From the IMG/VR virus record IMGVR_UViG_3300010413_000020, positions 32,001 through 96,000 of that record: a stretch of DNA of 64,000 nucleotides; one strand, written 5' to 3'. This document shows positions 61,110-64,000 of this stretch, in pieces. The notes beneath the pieces are model-generated. The model worked only from the letters and a program-made list of their open reading frames with translations. It ran no database searches and was not told the DNA's origin. Every line of letters begins with the position of its first letter. Position 1 is the stretch's first letter. This DNA is from a virus. The position numbers and the translations under genes were made by a program.

Positions 61110-62018
61110 ATGTACGCAATGCAAACACCAGAAACCTCGGCTTCCTTTGTTAACTCCAACTTTGTAAGAAAGTTGGATGAAGGCCGCGTCAAAGAGGCCG
61201 CAGAGGAGAGCTCAGCTTTTATCCGTGAAAAACTTCGTCAAGAAGCGGCTGTTAGGGAACTTATTGTTCCCGAGGGCATTACGGAGGAAGAGATTGACCG
61301 AGATGAGCACACCGATCAACCGAAGAAAATCATCGACAAGGAGCCGGACTCCGTAGCGACCTTCGTCCAGTTTCAAGGTACCGGTCGTAGAACTTGGTTC
61401 CGCGGCAAAAGGTATGCGATTTACTTCGGTAAGGTTGAATCAGAGCGATTCACCAAGTCGAAATTCGAGTTGATGACTTACACCTCGGATATTCGCAAGA
61501 TTCTTTCGGACAACTCCGTGAAGGATATGGCGGATCAAGAGGACCAAAAGTTCATCGACCTTGTTGCTGCCATCATCGCGCTCAATCCCGCACAGCAATC
61601 GGGTGGTCCGTTCCAGAGTGGAACATTCAAACAGGCTATGCAAGCGATGCTCAATCGTAAGATCCCAGTTGGGAAGATGCTGATGACCAAATCGCAGTAT
61701 CTCAATGCTTTAGATTTACCGGCCACCACGGTTGGCGATGATATTGCTAAGAGACACTTCGATGAGGGTATCGAAGCTTCTCAAAAGCTCTGGGGTATCC
61801 CAGTGGTGACTACGATAAAGAGTGACATTTACGACCCAACAAAGGCGTGGGTGTTCGCTCCTCAAGCGCCGAATAACTTCCTCGGTAACTTCTATCTGCT
61901 CCAGGATGCTACTCTGTACATCCGTCAAGAAGCAGATATTATCGAGTTTTGGAGCTACGAAGCGCTTGGTCTGGGTATCGGTAATAGACTGTCGATCCAG
62001 CAGATTCAGTTCGTCTAG
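61110..62018 (+). CDS. Major capsid protein (HK97-fold-like)
   Basis: AGGAGG SD; FIREKLRQ, KDMADQEDQKF and LWGIPVVTTIK; C-rich codon bias of a highly expressed gene; position in the head module. Confidence 0.75.
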   Translation: MYAMQTPETSASFVNSNFVRKLDEGRVKEAAEESSAFIREKLRQEAAVRELIVPEGITEEEIDRDEHTDQPKKIIDKEPDSVATFVQFQGTGRRTWFRGKRYAIYFGKVESERFTKSKFELMTYTSDIRKILSDNSVKDMADQEDQKFIDLVAAIIALNPAQQSGGPFQSGTFKQAMQAMLNRKIPVGKMLMTKSQYLNALDLPATTVGDDIAKRHFDEGIEASQKLWGIPVVTTIKSDIYDPTKAWVFAPQAPNNFLGNFYLLQDATLYIRQEADIIEFWSYEALGLGIGNRLSIQQIQFV

Positions 62019-62042
62019 AGCTCTCTGCGAGGAGGTTGAGCT

Positions 62043-62546
62043 ATGAAGATGGTAGAGCTTAAAAATGTAGGGAACTCCAGAATTTCTATTCGCCAGGTTC
62101 GAGGCCTTGCTCTCGATCCGGGTGAATCAAAGAAGGTACCTCCGGCAACAGCTGCGCATCCGGCTGTAAAACGTTACATCGGGCGCGGATTAGAGCTAGT
62201 AGGTGCCCCGAAGGCGGAGCCCAAAGCCCCCGCACCGCCCGCTTCTAAACCTTCGCCGGTACCTCCTAAGGTTACTGAGCCCAAGCCAGAACCTAAGGTA
62301 GAACCGGAGACTGGGGAATCAGAAGCCCCGGACGATGAAGGAGAGAATGCGACGGTCGGAGACCTTCGAGAGAGTTTTCTCTCTGCACCCGGTATCACAG
62401 AAGCAAATGTAGATGAGATTCTGGATATCTATCCAAGCATGGAAGCATTAGCGGATGCGTCTAAGGAAGACCTTTGCGACCTTGGTGTTTCGAAGTCCTA
62501 CGCTAATCGCCTCATAAGCTGGGCCAACGACAAGCTCAACGACTAA
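62043..62546 (+). CDS. Protein with Pro/Glu linker and C-terminal helix-hairpin-helix domain
   Basis: APGITEANVDEIL...LADASKEDLCDLGVSKSYANRL. Confidence 0.7.
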   Translation: MKMVELKNVGNSRISIRQVRGLALDPGESKKVPPATAAHPAVKRYIGRGLELVGAPKAEPKAPAPPASKPSPVPPKVTEPKPEPKVEPETGESEAPDDEGENATVGDLRESFLSAPGITEANVDEILDIYPSMEALADASKEDLCDLGVSKSYANRLISWANDKLND

Positions 62547-62626
62547 TTCGATACTCTTCCCTTTCCCTTACAGCCTAAATCTACTAAAATTACCACGATA
62601 TCTCTATGTGTTGGAGGTAAGACTAA

Positions 62627-62899
62627 ATGTCTACTGTTATGGTCAATCACAACTATCCGAACGACGACGAAATGACTGTTGTTGATGAGCAAGATATACC
62701 TATCGAGGGTGTTGAAATTCGTATTTTTGAATTAACCGCTTTTCAAGCTGGAGTAGTGGATAGTTGGGTAGGGTCAACTCTAACTGACATAGACGGACAC
62801 TGGATAGACCCCATTGGTCTTGAATCAGGAAATACCTGGGTGGTACACTTTGAAAAACCCACAGTCTACGGTCCAGAGCACGTAGAAATAACGACGTAG
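62627..62899 (+). CDS. Small beta-sandwich (transthyretin/Cna-B-like) structural protein
   Basis: PIEGVEIRIF...TLTDIDGHW. Confidence 0.6.
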   Translation: MSTVMVNHNYPNDDEMTVVDEQDIPIEGVEIRIFELTAFQAGVVDSWVGSTLTDIDGHWIDPIGLESGNTWVVHFEKPTVYGPEHVEITT

Positions 62900-62908
62900 G
62901 AGGATACT

Positions 62909-63622
62909 ATGTACATGGTTGGTAAAACACCCGCAGGGTTACGACAGAAGAGCGCATCAGCTTTTGGTGGATTCATCCCTAAAAATGCTGCTGGTGTTAT
63001 TTTTGAACCTTTTGTTTCTAATGGAATGCTAACCTACGTCAATCCGAATAACCAGGTCGAAACCGCACTAGCACAAGGTGGCTTATTCTATTTTGGTTCC
63101 GAACAAACGGTTAAAGTACATGAGATTAGGGCATTAGCTGCTTTAGGAAATATTTCAGCAGTAGTAGGAGATCTTCAGGATATCAAATCCGCTAAATTTA
63201 CTGTGGGAGGGGCTACACCTGCGATAGACCTCACCGCTTTAGCAGTAATTCCTAAAGACAAAGTTATAGTTACTTCTCCCGCGGGTGTTGAAACATACAC
63301 TGTAAAAACGGTTATTTCCGCTACTGAACTCGAACTGGAAGAAATAGTAACAGATCGTGCCTTAGCGGTAGGAGATGTTTTTACAATTACGAGCGCAGAC
63401 GGCGTTACCACGCGCTATACTCACACCTTAGCTGGAGTAGATACTTTAGATGTTGATACCTCTACAATTCATGATGTTCCAGTTGGTACACCTGCTGCGA
63501 GCCGTATTGTATTTTTTCCTCCAGTGATACTTCTTCCTACTCAAGTTCTTAAAGTGAGTACGGCAGCAGCAAATGCGGCAGGGTGGTTAGATATTTACGT
63601 TGTAAAGGGTGATTGGATTTAA
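62909..63622 (+). CDS. Putative structural protein
   Basis: AGGAGG SD; T/V/A-rich beta composition. Confidence 0.65.
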   Translation: MYMVGKTPAGLRQKSASAFGGFIPKNAAGVIFEPFVSNGMLTYVNPNNQVETALAQGGLFYFGSEQTVKVHEIRALAALGNISAVVGDLQDIKSAKFTVGGATPAIDLTALAVIPKDKVIVTSPAGVETYTVKTVISATELELEEIVTDRALAVGDVFTITSADGVTTRYTHTLAGVDTLDVDTSTIHDVPVGTPAASRIVFFPPVILLPTQVLKVSTAAANAAGWLDIYVVKGDWI

Positions 63623-64000
63623 TGCCAGTTCAACTTACAAAGGATGCGCTTCCGCTGGACGTAGAAGAAATCAGAATGTTTCTTCGGGATCAGCCCGACT
63701 ATAACATCCTGATGGATGACATTGAATTTTCGAATAACGATATTCAAAGAGCTATGCGTCTCACTGTAGCAAAGTGGAATGCAATAACACCTATCTCTAA
63801 TTTGACGAGCCCCGCACAACTCAACGAATATATTCTCCTGTGTGGAGTTTGTTGTATTCTCCTTAGGTCGGAAGGATTGCGTCAAGTTCGAAATCAGTTA
63901 ACCGTGCAAGATGGTAATATTGCTCCAGTAGGTTTGGACGAGAAAGAAGCTATTTATCTTAAATGGGCTCTTCATTTTTGTGAAGAATTTGAACGAATGT
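63622..64000 (+). CDS. Head-tail adaptor-like protein (3' partial)
   Basis: TAATG overlap; EEIRMFLRD..N.LMDDIEFS..DI motif; open to the window end. Confidence 0.6.
   Translation, partial: MPVQLTKDALPLDVEEIRMFLRDQPDYNILMDDIEFSNNDIQRAMRLTVAKWNAITPISNLTSPAQLNEYILLCGVCCILLRSEGLRQVRNQLTVQDGNIAPVGLDEKEAIYLKWALHFCEEFERM

Noticed and set aside
1-64000. Alternative genetic code explaining the broken tail genes
   Set aside because: The breaks are frame changes rather than in-frame stops, and TAA, TAG and TGA all terminate intact genes.

Overview
This is a 64-kb segment of a large tailed dsDNA phage (jumbo-phage-like) with no recognisable host housekeeping genes. Function is sorted by strand. The + strand carries virion and morphogenesis genes (baseplate/tail at 1-6 kb, terminase, portal, putative prohead protease, scaffold-like proteins, major capsid, head-tail proteins) and a phage transcription system: a beta/beta'-N fusion with NADYDGD, a separate beta'-C gene, and a zinc-ribbon sigma70-like factor. 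The - strand carries replication and accessory genes: class II RNR, RuvC, family A DNA polymerase with a UDG-like N-domain, primase-ATPase, SSB, two PD-(D/E)XK nucleases, SNF2 helicase, ParB, amidase, a MoxR-AAA/vWA pair, and a retron-like reverse transcriptase. The most striking element is a ~1-kb GC-rich non-coding array (about 21139-22164) between the terminase and DNA polymerase genes. It has ten copies of a 14-nt repeat (GGCACTGCTGTCTT) separated by unique spacers, and each spacer folds into a long hairpin. Compensatory changes indicate that the 3' half of each repeat pairs with the 5' half of the next, leaving ACUGCU single-stranded. It is not a CRISPR array. The same window encodes a retron-like RT wedged between two Cys-rich genes with no room for a cis msr/msd. 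An array-ncRNA plus RT system is the leading hypothesis, but it is unproven. All calls come from motif reading and hand-folding; no database searches were run.
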